Assembly: GCA_963836205.1 (NCBI GenBank)
Contig: CAWIIV010000011.1
Coordinates: 32,001-96,000, forward strand
From: an uncultured Acidimicrobiia bacterium
Lineage (GTDB): Bacteria > Actinomycetota > Acidimicrobiia > Acidimicrobiales > AC-14
Reading direction: 5' to 3'
DNA length: 64,000 nt
Part shown: positions 57,001-64,000 of the stretch, in pieces
Numbering within the stretch: the first letter of the stretch is position 1
Layout of the letters: each line of letters starts with the position of its first letter
Notes under the pieces: model-generated
The model's input: the letters and a program-made list of their open reading frames with translations, nothing else
Told to the model about the DNA's origin: nothing
The model's database searches: none
Program-made: the position numbers and the translations under genes

Positions 57001-57295
57001 GACGCCCCGCGAGGACCTTCGCCAGCGGATGGTCGACGTGTTGGTGTGGCTGGGCGACCGCCGGTGGGCCTCGGGCGACGCCCGGGCGGCGTGGGCCGCG
57101 TTGCAGCGGGCGCTGGAGGTCGACCCCTACGCCGAGCAGATCTACCGGCGGATCATGCGCCTCCAGGGCAAGCTCTCCCGCCCCGACGACGCCGACGTCA
57201 CCTACCGGCGGTTGCTCGCCAAGCTCCAGGAGGTCGACCTCGTCCCGACCTCCGAGACCGACAAGCTCCACGCCGAGGTCTGCCCCCAGGCATAG
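54047..57295 (+). CDS. Large coiled-coil / Pro-rich / wHTH-BTAD (SARP-like) protein
   Basis: C-terminal VQLLG, ELLAFYLLHPEG, LWPEAD, VDLW, Y.GELL, DPYAEQIYRRIM. TATGAT lies 7 nt before the GTG. Confidence 0.8.
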   Translation: MSDTEPQGGPGRPRDAGGQVLVWMRDEFEALRRQVHALASSVAQQRAMLTELGGNRVAELSTSLAELEGCAAALRNEAARLQSIERSLGDRLAAVVGEAVSQQVGEMSLKGMETLLQDRLTDVVADAVRPQLRAAIAARLPELVNEVVQPQVKAALAELHGCTTELRTEYANLRALRDDLLVRFPRLVETSVERVLARQAASITANAANAGRAAAAALIAAPPTAAPPAPAAAAGSQSAAAGPGSQSAAAEPGQQSAAVEPGPQAAAGAPPVPAAAPVPTGSAASTGLPTPAGATPPVASPPLHGAPPATDVPPAPPAPPSAAPTGPGVGPHASASPSTGTVPGPPPPTGVSPAAPGPAASSGTRTAPPAAGGANAPGTPDPPSTVRPSATSPADPFGAGRPATTPPVDRGASGLPTTSPAGPPPASTPTPASTAPAEPAAPSAVVVDTAPPRPPEAPSQPATAPATASSPSAAPVTGPPAAPAEAARTEVISTPSVPVPTTTDPTANGPAPGTVRYAEEAAAAAAAAAADAADGIACVLPGMVVGPSLAVGVAEALGRARLRRRRRRRAAPPAAGLYRRDPFAGHVTRRLERFARGRATPPTTGRAMGAGGWANVVVGEREAAEVGVDLSAGGLVLAGPSAADVVRAAVTGLLADQGPSTMAAVVAGDLLPAVPPFPGLAQTVVLGPAIDELTSEVGRRVQLLADDHVPDAGAYRAKHPDANFPMIVLAAADVGPDDLERVRALFAEGARAGVSGIVVPAADPNGADILLAPGGMVAEARSDALGDRLNGARLFRMEPQVAAELLAVLASARTDGEHMRPVPDDDESFMPATSAATAPVAVQLLGVYRIEVDGTEIKSGLRAKAKELLAFYLLHPEGATLDDAVEALWPEADPRRGSEWFWTALGNLRTKLRQATGQKELKVIDRDGDLYRIEDVFDVDLWSLQHALREGAQSRDDAVRQSALDRAVADYDGELLVGLDWFWLETPREDLRQRMVDVLVWLGDRRWASGDARAAWAALQRALEVDPYAEQIYRRIMRLQGKLSRPDDADVTYRRLLAKLQEVDLVPTSETDKLHAEVCPQA

Positions 57296-57311
57296 AGGCC
57301 GGCCATCGCGG

Positions 57312-57812
57312 TCACACCTCGTGGATCGTTGGGGCGACGATGTGCCCGTCCTCCACGTCGAAGGTGGCCAGGGTGTGGACGGGTTGGCGGCGGCGCTCGG
57401 TGGGCGAGCCCGGGTTGAGGAGGAGCTGGCCGTCGACGCCCGGCTCCAACCACGGGATGTGACTGTGGCCGAAGACCACCAGGTCTCGGTCGGGGAACTT
57501 CCGCCGCATCCGCCGGGCCCGGCCGGACGCGTCGCCGCTGTCGTGCACCATCCCCACCCGCACTCCGTCGAGGTCGATCTCCAGGACCTCGGGCAGCAGG
57601 CCCACCAGCTCGTGGTCGTTGTTGCCGAGGACGGCGTGGACGGGAGCGAAGCCGGCCAGCTCGTCGAGGACCGCGCCCGTCACCACGTCGCCCGCGTGGA
57701 GGATGACGTCGGCCCGGCCGAGGTGGGCGTAGGCGGCGTCGGGCAGCCGCCGGGACCCGCCCCGGTGGATGTGGGTGTCGGACAGGACGACGACGCGACG
57801 CACGGAAGCCAT
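57312..57812 (-). CDS. YfcE/MJ0936-family metallophosphoesterase
   Basis: LSDTH, HAGD, GNND, FGHSH, NPGS. Confidence 0.92.
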   Translation of the reverse strand: MASVRRVVVLSDTHIHRGGSRRLPDAAYAHLGRADVILHAGDVVTGAVLDELAGFAPVHAVLGNNDHELVGLLPEVLEIDLDGVRVGMVHDSGDASGRARRMRRKFPDRDLVVFGHSHIPWLEPGVDGQLLLNPGSPTERRRQPVHTLATFDVEDGHIVAPTIHEV

Positions 57813-57846
57813 CCTTCCCCAAAGCCCATGGGTAGCCTCGGAGCCA

Positions 57847-58890
57847 ATGGACCCGGTCGCCGCCCTCCAGCGCATCGCCTACCTGCTCGAGAAGGCGGGG
57901 GCGCCCACCTACCGGGTGCGCGCCTTCCGGTCGGCGGCGTCGACCCTCGCCGAGCTCGGCCCCGACGGCGTCCGGGAGCGGGCGGCGACGGGCCGGCTGC
58001 GCGATCTCCCCGGCGTCGGCCAGACCACCGAGGCCGTCGTGCAGGAGGCGCTGGCCGGGGGCGTTCCCGCCTACCTCAAGAAGCTGGAGGACGAGCTCGT
58101 CTCGTCCCTGACCGACGGGGAGGACGAGCAGGGCGAGCACCCGGCCACCCTGGCCATCCGGGCCGCCCTCAAGGGCGACCTCCACACCCACTCCGACTGG
58201 TCCGACGGGGGCAGCAGCATCGACGAGATGGCCCGCACCGGCCGCGACCTGGGCCACGACTACATGGCCCTCACCGACCACTCGCCCCGGCTGACGGTGG
58301 CCCGGGGCCTGTCCCCCGAGCGCCTGCGCCGGCAGCTCGACGTGGTGGCCGAGGTCAACGAGCGCCTGGCCCCGTTCCGGCTGCTCACGGGCATCGAGGT
58401 CGACATCAACGAGGACGGGTCCCTCGATCAGGAGGACGAGCTGCTGGCCCGTCTCGACGTGGTGGTGGCCAGCGTCCACTCCAAGCTGCGGATGGAGTCG
58501 GCCCTCATGACCCCCCGCATGATCAAGGCCGTCCGCAACCCGTACACCGACATCCTCGGCCACTGCACCGGCCGGCTGGTGGCGGGGAAGGGCCGGCCCG
58601 AGTCGGCGTTCGACGCGGCCGCCGTGTTCGCGGCCTGCGCCGAGACCGACACCGCGGTGGAGATCAACAGCCGGCCCGAGCGACTCGACCCGCCCCGGCG
58701 GCTACTGCGAATGGTGGTGGCGGCGGGCTGCAAGGTGGCCATCGACACCGACGGCCACGCCCCCGGCCAACTGGAGTGGCAGATGAACGGCTGCCGCCGA
58801 GCCGCCGAGTGCCAGGTCCCGCAAGAGGCGATCGTGAACACCTGGTCGGCCGACGAGCTCCTGGCCTGGACGGCCAGCCACCAGGCGTAG
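57847..58890 (+). CDS. PHP-domain protein with a PolX-like N-terminal HhH (no polymerase core)
   Basis: YRVRAFR.AA, LPGVG, DLHTHSDWSDG, TDHS, GIEVD, EIN, DTDGH. Confidence 0.9.
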   Translation: MDPVAALQRIAYLLEKAGAPTYRVRAFRSAASTLAELGPDGVRERAATGRLRDLPGVGQTTEAVVQEALAGGVPAYLKKLEDELVSSLTDGEDEQGEHPATLAIRAALKGDLHTHSDWSDGGSSIDEMARTGRDLGHDYMALTDHSPRLTVARGLSPERLRRQLDVVAEVNERLAPFRLLTGIEVDINEDGSLDQEDELLARLDVVVASVHSKLRMESALMTPRMIKAVRNPYTDILGHCTGRLVAGKGRPESAFDAAAVFAACAETDTAVEINSRPERLDPPRRLLRMVVAAGCKVAIDTDGHAPGQLEWQMNGCRRAAECQVPQEAIVNTWSADELLAWTASHQA

Positions 58891-58920
58891 CGGGGGAGGG
58901 CGACGCTGCCCCCCCGCCGG

Positions 58921-59331
58921 CTACGACGCGATGCGGATGTGGCTGACGGTGGCCAGCTCGGGCTCGGACTCGATGTCCTCCAGGAGGATGTCGGTGCCGA
59001 TGGCCCAGCCGTCCAGCTCCTCGACCTCGACCGACTCCACGATGGCGGTGGCGGCGGCGGGGCTGAGGTTGCACGTCCACCAGGGCCGGTTGTCCTCGTC
59101 CTTCTTCGACGCCCGGAGGGCGGCCCAGAGGACGTGACCGGCGAAGGTCGTGGGGATCAGCCCACCGCGCTCGAGCCGGCAGTGGCCGTCGAACACCAAC
59201 GGCACCGACCAGTCGGTAACCCGCAGCGGACCCCGGAAGGAGATCGACCCCCGGTGGGCTTTGAAGGGGATGCTGAGCAGACGGGTGAGGTCCTCAGCCA
59301 GATCGTCAAGTTGTGCCTGCTTGATCGCCAT
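58921..59331 (-). CDS. Hypothetical protein
   Basis: 136 aa, MAIKQAQLDDL..., coding-like composition. Confidence 0.65.
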   Translation of the reverse strand: MAIKQAQLDDLAEDLTRLLSIPFKAHRGSISFRGPLRVTDWSVPLVFDGHCRLERGGLIPTTFAGHVLWAALRASKKDEDNRPWWTCNLSPAAATAIVESVEVEELDGWAIGTDILLEDIESEPELATVSHIRIAS

Positions 59332-59395
59332 ATCCGACGTATCGGCAGTCCTGGACGAGAACATTAGGGATTGGGGGCGGGAGGGAGGAAGGTTC

Positions 59396-60763
59396 TCAGC
59401 CGAGGTGGCGGGGCGACCAGAAACCGGGCTCCGGGCGCCCATGGCGGCCGCCCGTGGCGTAGGCGCGAAGCCGCTCTCGACCGTCTGTCGAGAGGATCTC
59501 GGCGGCATCGAAGAACCCGGCCCGGCCCACGCCCTTGAGGACCCGGGCGGCGGCTTCTTTGGCGGCCGGGAGGTGGCTCGTGAGCAGGACCAGGGGGCGG
59601 AGGCCGGCGGCGGCGACCACCGACGCCCGGCCCAGCGCCTCCCATGCCTCGCCGGTGCGGGCCAGCCCGGCCCGGGGCGTGGTGAGGGCGCCCGAGACGT
59701 CGAAGTACCAGCGGGTGCCTGCCCGGTCGAGGGCGGTGAGGTCGACGGTGAGGCCGGTGCCCCGGATCGAGGGGCCCGGGGCGACCTCGGTGAAGCCGGC
59801 CTCGGCCAGGACGTCGACCGCCAACCGCCCGATTCCAAGTGGCTGCGGCACCCCAACGCCAGCCGCCGGCACCTCGGCCGCCACCCGTCTCCGGGCCGCC
59901 TCCACGTAGGCCGCGTCGGTGTCGTAGCCCGCCCACCGCCGGCCGGTGCGGGCTGCGGCCACGGCCGTCGATCCCGACCCGAGGAAGGGGTCGAGGACGA
60001 GGTCGCCCCGGTAGGTGTACAGCTCGATCAGGCGCTGGGGCAGCTCGACCGGGAAGGGGGCGGGGTGGCCCACCCGGCGGGCGCTCTCGGGGGCGATGCG
60101 CCACACGTCGAGGGTGGACTCGAGGAACTCGTCGGAGGTGACGGTGGCCTCCGACGGCAGCCCCTCGGCCCGCCGGCGGGCGGGGGGACGGGCCCGGTCG
60201 AAGCGACCCTTGCTGGCCACCACCACCCGCTCGCTGACGTCGCGCAGCACCGGGTTGGCCGGGCTGCGGTACGACCCCCAGGCGCACGAACCGGTCGCCC
60301 CCTCCGCCTTCACCCACACGATCTCGCCCCGCAGGAGCAACCCGAGGTCGTCCTGGAGGATGCGGATCACGTCGGAGGCCAGGCTCCGGTACGGCCGCCG
60401 GCCGAGGTTGGCCACGTTCACCGCCATGCGCCCGCCCGGCTCCAACACCCGCCGGCACTCCTCGAAGACGTCGCGCAGCATGCCCAGGTAGTCGAGGTAC
60501 GAGGCGGGCACGCCGCCGACGCCGACCGCCTGCTCGTACTCCTTGCCCGCGTAGTAGGGGGGTGACGTGACCACGAGGGCGACGCAGTCGTCCTTGAGGT
60601 CGTCCATGTGGCGGGCGTCGCCGCACACCAGGGCCGGCTCGGGATCGAAGGCCACCACGCCGTCGTCGGTGCTGATCTCGGGCGGACGGAAGCGGGCGTA
60701 GAACTCGCGGGCGTCGTGGCCCTCCCGCTTGCCGACGCCGAACGGCGAGGTGGAGGTGCCCAC
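59396..60763 (-). CDS. Beta-class DNA methyltransferase (N4C/N6A) with a C-terminal nuclease-like domain
   Basis: VVTSPPY, HPAPFP, VLDPFLGSGST, followed by a ~150 aa extension. Confidence 0.88.
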   Translation of the reverse strand: MGTSTSPFGVGKREGHDAREFYARFRPPEISTDDGVVAFDPEPALVCGDARHMDDLKDDCVALVVTSPPYYAGKEYEQAVGVGGVPASYLDYLGMLRDVFEECRRVLEPGGRMAVNVANLGRRPYRSLASDVIRILQDDLGLLLRGEIVWVKAEGATGSCAWGSYRSPANPVLRDVSERVVVASKGRFDRARPPARRRAEGLPSEATVTSDEFLESTLDVWRIAPESARRVGHPAPFPVELPQRLIELYTYRGDLVLDPFLGSGSTAVAAARTGRRWAGYDTDAAYVEAARRRVAAEVPAAGVGVPQPLGIGRLAVDVLAEAGFTEVAPGPSIRGTGLTVDLTALDRAGTRWYFDVSGALTTPRAGLARTGEAWEALGRASVVAAAGLRPLVLLTSHLPAAKEAAARVLKGVGRAGFFDAAEILSTDGRERLRAYATGGRHGRPEPGFWSPRHLG

Positions 60764-60807
60764 AGCCGAAACATAGCCGTGGGCGCGGCCGGGGGGAACG
60801 ACCCTGC

Positions 60808-61647
60808 TCAGCCGCCGGAGAGGGTGTGGCGGCGGAAGAAGTCGACGGCCAGGGCCGGCACCGCGGTGGGGATCTCGTGCCCGCCCGGGTGGACGTAGGT
60901 GGCCAGCTCGAGGTTGCCCCGACCCGGCTCCAGCTGGAGGTACCCGGAGACCGTGGCCCGGTCGGGGCTGGCGCCGAGCTTCCTCTCCGCGGGCGGGATG
61001 CTCAGCTTCTGGAGGGCGTAGGGGACGATCGGGTCGGCCCGGCCCATCACCATGAACATCGATCGGGCGGGGGAGGCGTCGAGGAGGCGGGCCGAGGGCT
61101 GGGCCGAGACGGTGGCCGCCGAGGCGACGGTCGTCCCCCGCCGGCTGACCAGGAGGGATGCGAACGCGGCCCCGTTCGAGTGTCCGAAGAGGTGGACCCG
61201 ATCGGGGTCGACGGGGAAGTTCGAGCGGAGGGTGGCGAGGATGGTGTCGTAGAAGGCGAGGTCGCGGTCGCCGAGCTCGCCGGCCGCGGTCTGCCAGCCC
61301 GACAGCAGGCCTTGGGGGTCGGTGTTGCCCTTGTGACCGGGGATCCCGTCGGGGTAGACGACGACCGCTCCGGGCCACCGGGCCTGGAGACCGGTGTTGC
61401 GCTCCAGCCAGGCGCCGGTGCCTCCGTGGCCGTGGAAGGCGAACACCACCGGCAGCGGACGGGAGAGGTCGGTCGGTACCACCACGATGGCGGTGCGGCG
61501 GACGCCGGCCACCTGGAACGAGTTGGCGTGCCGGCCGGGGGCGTAGTCGGTCGAGGCGGCCGCGGCCGCGGTGGGCCAGGCTCCGACCGCGGCCGTCCCT
61601 ATCGCCGCCAACAGCACAGGCCACAGGCAACGCCGAATTCGTCTCAT
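60808..61647 (-). CDS. Secreted PHB-depolymerase/LpqC-like esterase
   Basis: Signal peptide, FHGHGG, VVYPDG, GHSNG, HPGGH. Confidence 0.85.
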   Translation of the reverse strand: MRRIRRCLWPVLLAAIGTAAVGAWPTAAAAASTDYAPGRHANSFQVAGVRRTAIVVVPTDLSRPLPVVFAFHGHGGTGAWLERNTGLQARWPGAVVVYPDGIPGHKGNTDPQGLLSGWQTAAGELGDRDLAFYDTILATLRSNFPVDPDRVHLFGHSNGAAFASLLVSRRGTTVASAATVSAQPSARLLDASPARSMFMVMGRADPIVPYALQKLSIPPAERKLGASPDRATVSGYLQLEPGRGNLELATYVHPGGHEIPTAVPALAVDFFRRHTLSGG

Positions 61648-61674
61648 GTCCCGATTGTCGGCGGCCGGAGCCGG

Positions 61675-61698
61675 CGTCCTGAGCCCCGTCTCAGGACG
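61675..61698. promoter_or_regulatory. Inverted repeat between divergent genes
   Basis: CGTCCTGAG-ccccgt-CTCAGGACG. Confidence 0.35.
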
Positions 61699-61727
61699 TT
61701 CCCAGTTTTGTGGCCCATGCTGGAGGG

Positions 61728-62702
61728 GTGGACGACTACCCGACCGCGCCCGCCGGGGCGACCGCCGGAGTTCCGGGCTGGTATCCCGACCCGTGGTCGG
61801 GCACCCGCCGCCGCTGGTGGACGGGCGAGGTGTGGACGTTCTCCACCATCGAGCTGGGCGAGGACCAGCCCCTCCCCCCGCCCCCGCCGGCACCGGAGCC
61901 GCTCACCGCCCCTCCACCGACCCCGGCTCCGCCATCCCGGGGTGGCCTCGTCATCGCCCTCCTTCTCGCCCTCGGCCTGGTCGCGGGCGTGCTCGGGGCC
62001 ACGCTCCTGGGCAACGACTCCAAGGAGCGGGCGTCCGACGTCGTCCCGACGACGCCGACCACGGGCCTGATCCGGCCGCCGTCGTCCTCGACCACGACCA
62101 CCATCGACCCCCTCGAGTCCGCCCTCCTCTCGCTCGTCGTCCTCCCGGAAGACGTGTCCCCGTCACACACGGTGGGGCTGCTCCCCGGCGGTGACGGCCT
62201 GTTGCAGCCCACCCTCGACGTCTGCAACGGCACGTACCCCAGCGAGGCCCTGCGGGAGGCCCGCCTGCAGGACGTGGTGGTCGACGACCAGGACGAGGTC
62301 TCGCTGAGCACGGAGGCGGTGCTCTACCGCGACGGGGCGGCGGCCGCCCAGGCGTTGGCCGAGCTGCGGTCGGTGGCCGCCGCCTGCCCGGCGGAGCCGG
62401 TGCCCAGTCCCGTCGGCGCGCCGACCGTCACCACCCGCTTCGCCGCCGCCCCCGACGGCGACTGGCCCCAGACCGACACCGTCACCCGGTTGGCCTTCGA
62501 CCTCACGACCACCGACGCCACCGGCCTGACCCGACACTCGATCGCGGTCTACCTCCAACGGGGCCGGGTGCTGCTGGGCGTTTACTTCCCCTCGCCCGAC
62601 GGGCCGCAGTCGCCGATCGCGGGCGAGACCACGATCCGGGGGATCGTCGGCGTGTTCGCCGGGCGGGTGGCGGCCCTGCCGGCGTCGGTCGTCGGGCCCT
62701 GA
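61728..62702 (+). CDS. DUF2510 protein with TM and an extracellular PknH-like domain
   Basis: PGWYPDP..RRWWTG.WT, TM, Cys-containing sensor-like domain. GGAGG RBS. Confidence 0.8.
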   Translation: MDDYPTAPAGATAGVPGWYPDPWSGTRRRWWTGEVWTFSTIELGEDQPLPPPPPAPEPLTAPPPTPAPPSRGGLVIALLLALGLVAGVLGATLLGNDSKERASDVVPTTPTTGLIRPPSSSTTTTIDPLESALLSLVVLPEDVSPSHTVGLLPGGDGLLQPTLDVCNGTYPSEALREARLQDVVVDDQDEVSLSTEAVLYRDGAAAAQALAELRSVAAACPAEPVPSPVGAPTVTTRFAAAPDGDWPQTDTVTRLAFDLTTTDATGLTRHSIAVYLQRGRVLLGVYFPSPDGPQSPIAGETTIRGIVGVFAGRVAALPASVVGP

Positions 62703-62706
62703 TCGG

Positions 62707-63171
62707 GTGGAGGTCCGCTCCGACCGGACGTTCACGTTCCCGGTCGGCCCGGCGGAACTGTGGTCGGCGCTGACGAGCGTCGAGCGGTACCGCTCGTGGT
62801 GGCCGTGGCTGCGCCGGTTCGACGGGGTCTCGTTCTCGGAGGGCGCCCACTGGACGTGCGCCGTTCGGGCCCCGCTCCTCTACCCGGTCCGGTTCGTGGT
62901 CGTCCTGGAGGAGGTGGTGGCGGGGCGGTCGGCCGCGGCGGTGGTGACGGGTGACATCGCCGGCCACGCCCGCCTCGACGTGGTCGCGGCCGGGGTCGGC
63001 GGCGGCCTCGGCAGCGAGCTGCGGCTGCGGTCGACGCTTGCATCGCGGCGCTGGCTGCTGCGGGCCATCGCCCGCCTGGCCCCGCCGGTGGCCCGCTTCG
63101 GCCACGACCGCCTCCTCGACACCGGCGTCCGCCAGTTCCGGAAGCGGGCACTCGCCGGGCCCGGTGCGTAG
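62707..63171 (+). CDS. SRPBCC/polyketide cyclase-like protein
   Basis: P.ELW.AL..VERY.SWWPW, GDI.G.ARL. Confidence 0.8.
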   Translation: MEVRSDRTFTFPVGPAELWSALTSVERYRSWWPWLRRFDGVSFSEGAHWTCAVRAPLLYPVRFVVVLEEVVAGRSAAAVVTGDIAGHARLDVVAAGVGGGLGSELRLRSTLASRRWLLRAIARLAPPVARFGHDRLLDTGVRQFRKRALAGPGA

Positions 63172-63182
63172 CGTGGAGGGCA

Positions 63183-64000
63183 GTGAGCGGCGGCCAAGGC
63201 TGGGACGTGTTCGTGGCCTACGCCTCGCCCGACCGCGACCGGGCCCGTTCGCTGCACCAAGCGCTGACCACGGCCGGCCTGTCGGTGTTCTTCGACCAGA
63301 CCGCGCTCCGGCCCGGCGACAACTGGCAGCGGGATCTGCCCGGGCACCTGCGCTCCTCGACGGTGGTCGTGGCCCTCATCTCCGCCCACACCGCGGCGGC
63401 CACCTTCGAGAACGAGGAGATCCTGACCGCGCTCGACCAGATCCGGCTGGAGGTGGCCGGCTGGTCCCGCTGCGCCTCGACGCCCTGGCCATGCTGCCGT
63501 TCGGGACCAAGGCGCTCCACGCGGTGGATTTCTTCGACGACGGTGGGATCGCGATTGTGGTCGACCGCATCGTGGACGTCGTCCGCAACCCGGCGAAGGT
63601 GCCGGCGCTGGTGGGTACCCAGGTCTGGTGCGGGCGGATACCAGCCCTGCCGGTCGTCTTCGCCGGTCGCGACGTCCTTCTGGAGGAGTTGGGCGCGTCG
63701 ATCTCTGGTGGCACCGGGGCGGTGCTGACCCAGACGATCAATGGCATGGGCGGCGTCGGGAAGACGACCGTCGCCGCCGCGCTGGCCGAGGCCCACCGCC
63801 ACCGGCTCGACGTGGTGTGGTGGGTCCGAGCCGAGCAGTCGTCGGTGCTGGTTTCCGACTTGGCCGAGCTCGCGCCCAGGGTGGGGGTGCCCATCGACGA
63901 CAACCCGGCCGTGACCGCAGTCGCGGTACGGGACTGGCTGGAGTCGACGACTCGCCCGTGGCTGATGGTGTTCGACAACGTCCCCGAGGAGTCCGCCATC
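63183..64000 (+). CDS. TIR + NB-ARC (STAND) protein, 3'-partial, with a 1-base frameshift near 63445
   Basis: WDVFVAYASPDR...VFFD...PGDNW...ENEEI. The shifted frame gives RLVPLRLD...FAGR...GMGGVGKT...VVWWV...WLMVFDNV. Confidence 0.85.

Noticed and set aside
3233-57271. Long antisense or alternate-frame ORFs (e.g. 3233-5731, 25648-27975, 49455-51704, 54368-57271)
   Set aside because: High-GC shadow ORFs overlapping well-supported genes, with Arg/Pro/Gly-rich non-protein-like composition.
59410-61700. Apparent similarity RPETGLR(A/T)P between ~59415 and ~61690
   Set aside because: Short, in non-coding frames and weak at nucleotide level; treated as coincidence.

Overview
High-GC actinobacterial chromosome segment. 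Mycothiol MscR, DesA, WXG100/EccC and widespread leaderless genes suggest Acidimicrobiia, which is an inference. It holds about 65 CDS and one tRNA-Lys(TTT). From left to right: a minimal type VII secretion locus (Ubl-FHA-EccC, WXG100, a deletion scar and an orphan Tdi1-like immunity gene); a DksA-ABC1 kinase-hydrolase-MaoC-(MoaD/CdsA-like fusion) cluster; a type II R-M island beside tRNA-Lys; a SigB-type stress cluster with topoisomerase IB; a putative copper operon headed by an RGPP-motif membrane leader; sdhCD with an unannotated 43-aa membrane protein; a split, Zur-boxed znuA/znuCB; serS; vapBC; a cytochrome caa3 oxidase operon; ctaB; a BTAD protein; an MTase fusion; and a TIR-NB-ARC gene at the right edge. 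The most striking feature is at the head of the oxidase operon. A second subunit-I paralog keeps both low-spin heme His ligands but has lost the whole CuB/heme a3 centre and the proton-channel residues. It is followed by its own subunit-III paralog and a subunit-IV-like/blue-copper fusion. All eight operon genes are linked by stop/start overlaps, and three mini-ORFs bridge the gaps. A dispersed 47-48 bp palindrome family and two tandem arrays are present; no CRISPR array was found. Three genes carry single-base frameshifts that may be assembly errors. Family assignments come from motif recognition by eye; no database searches were run.
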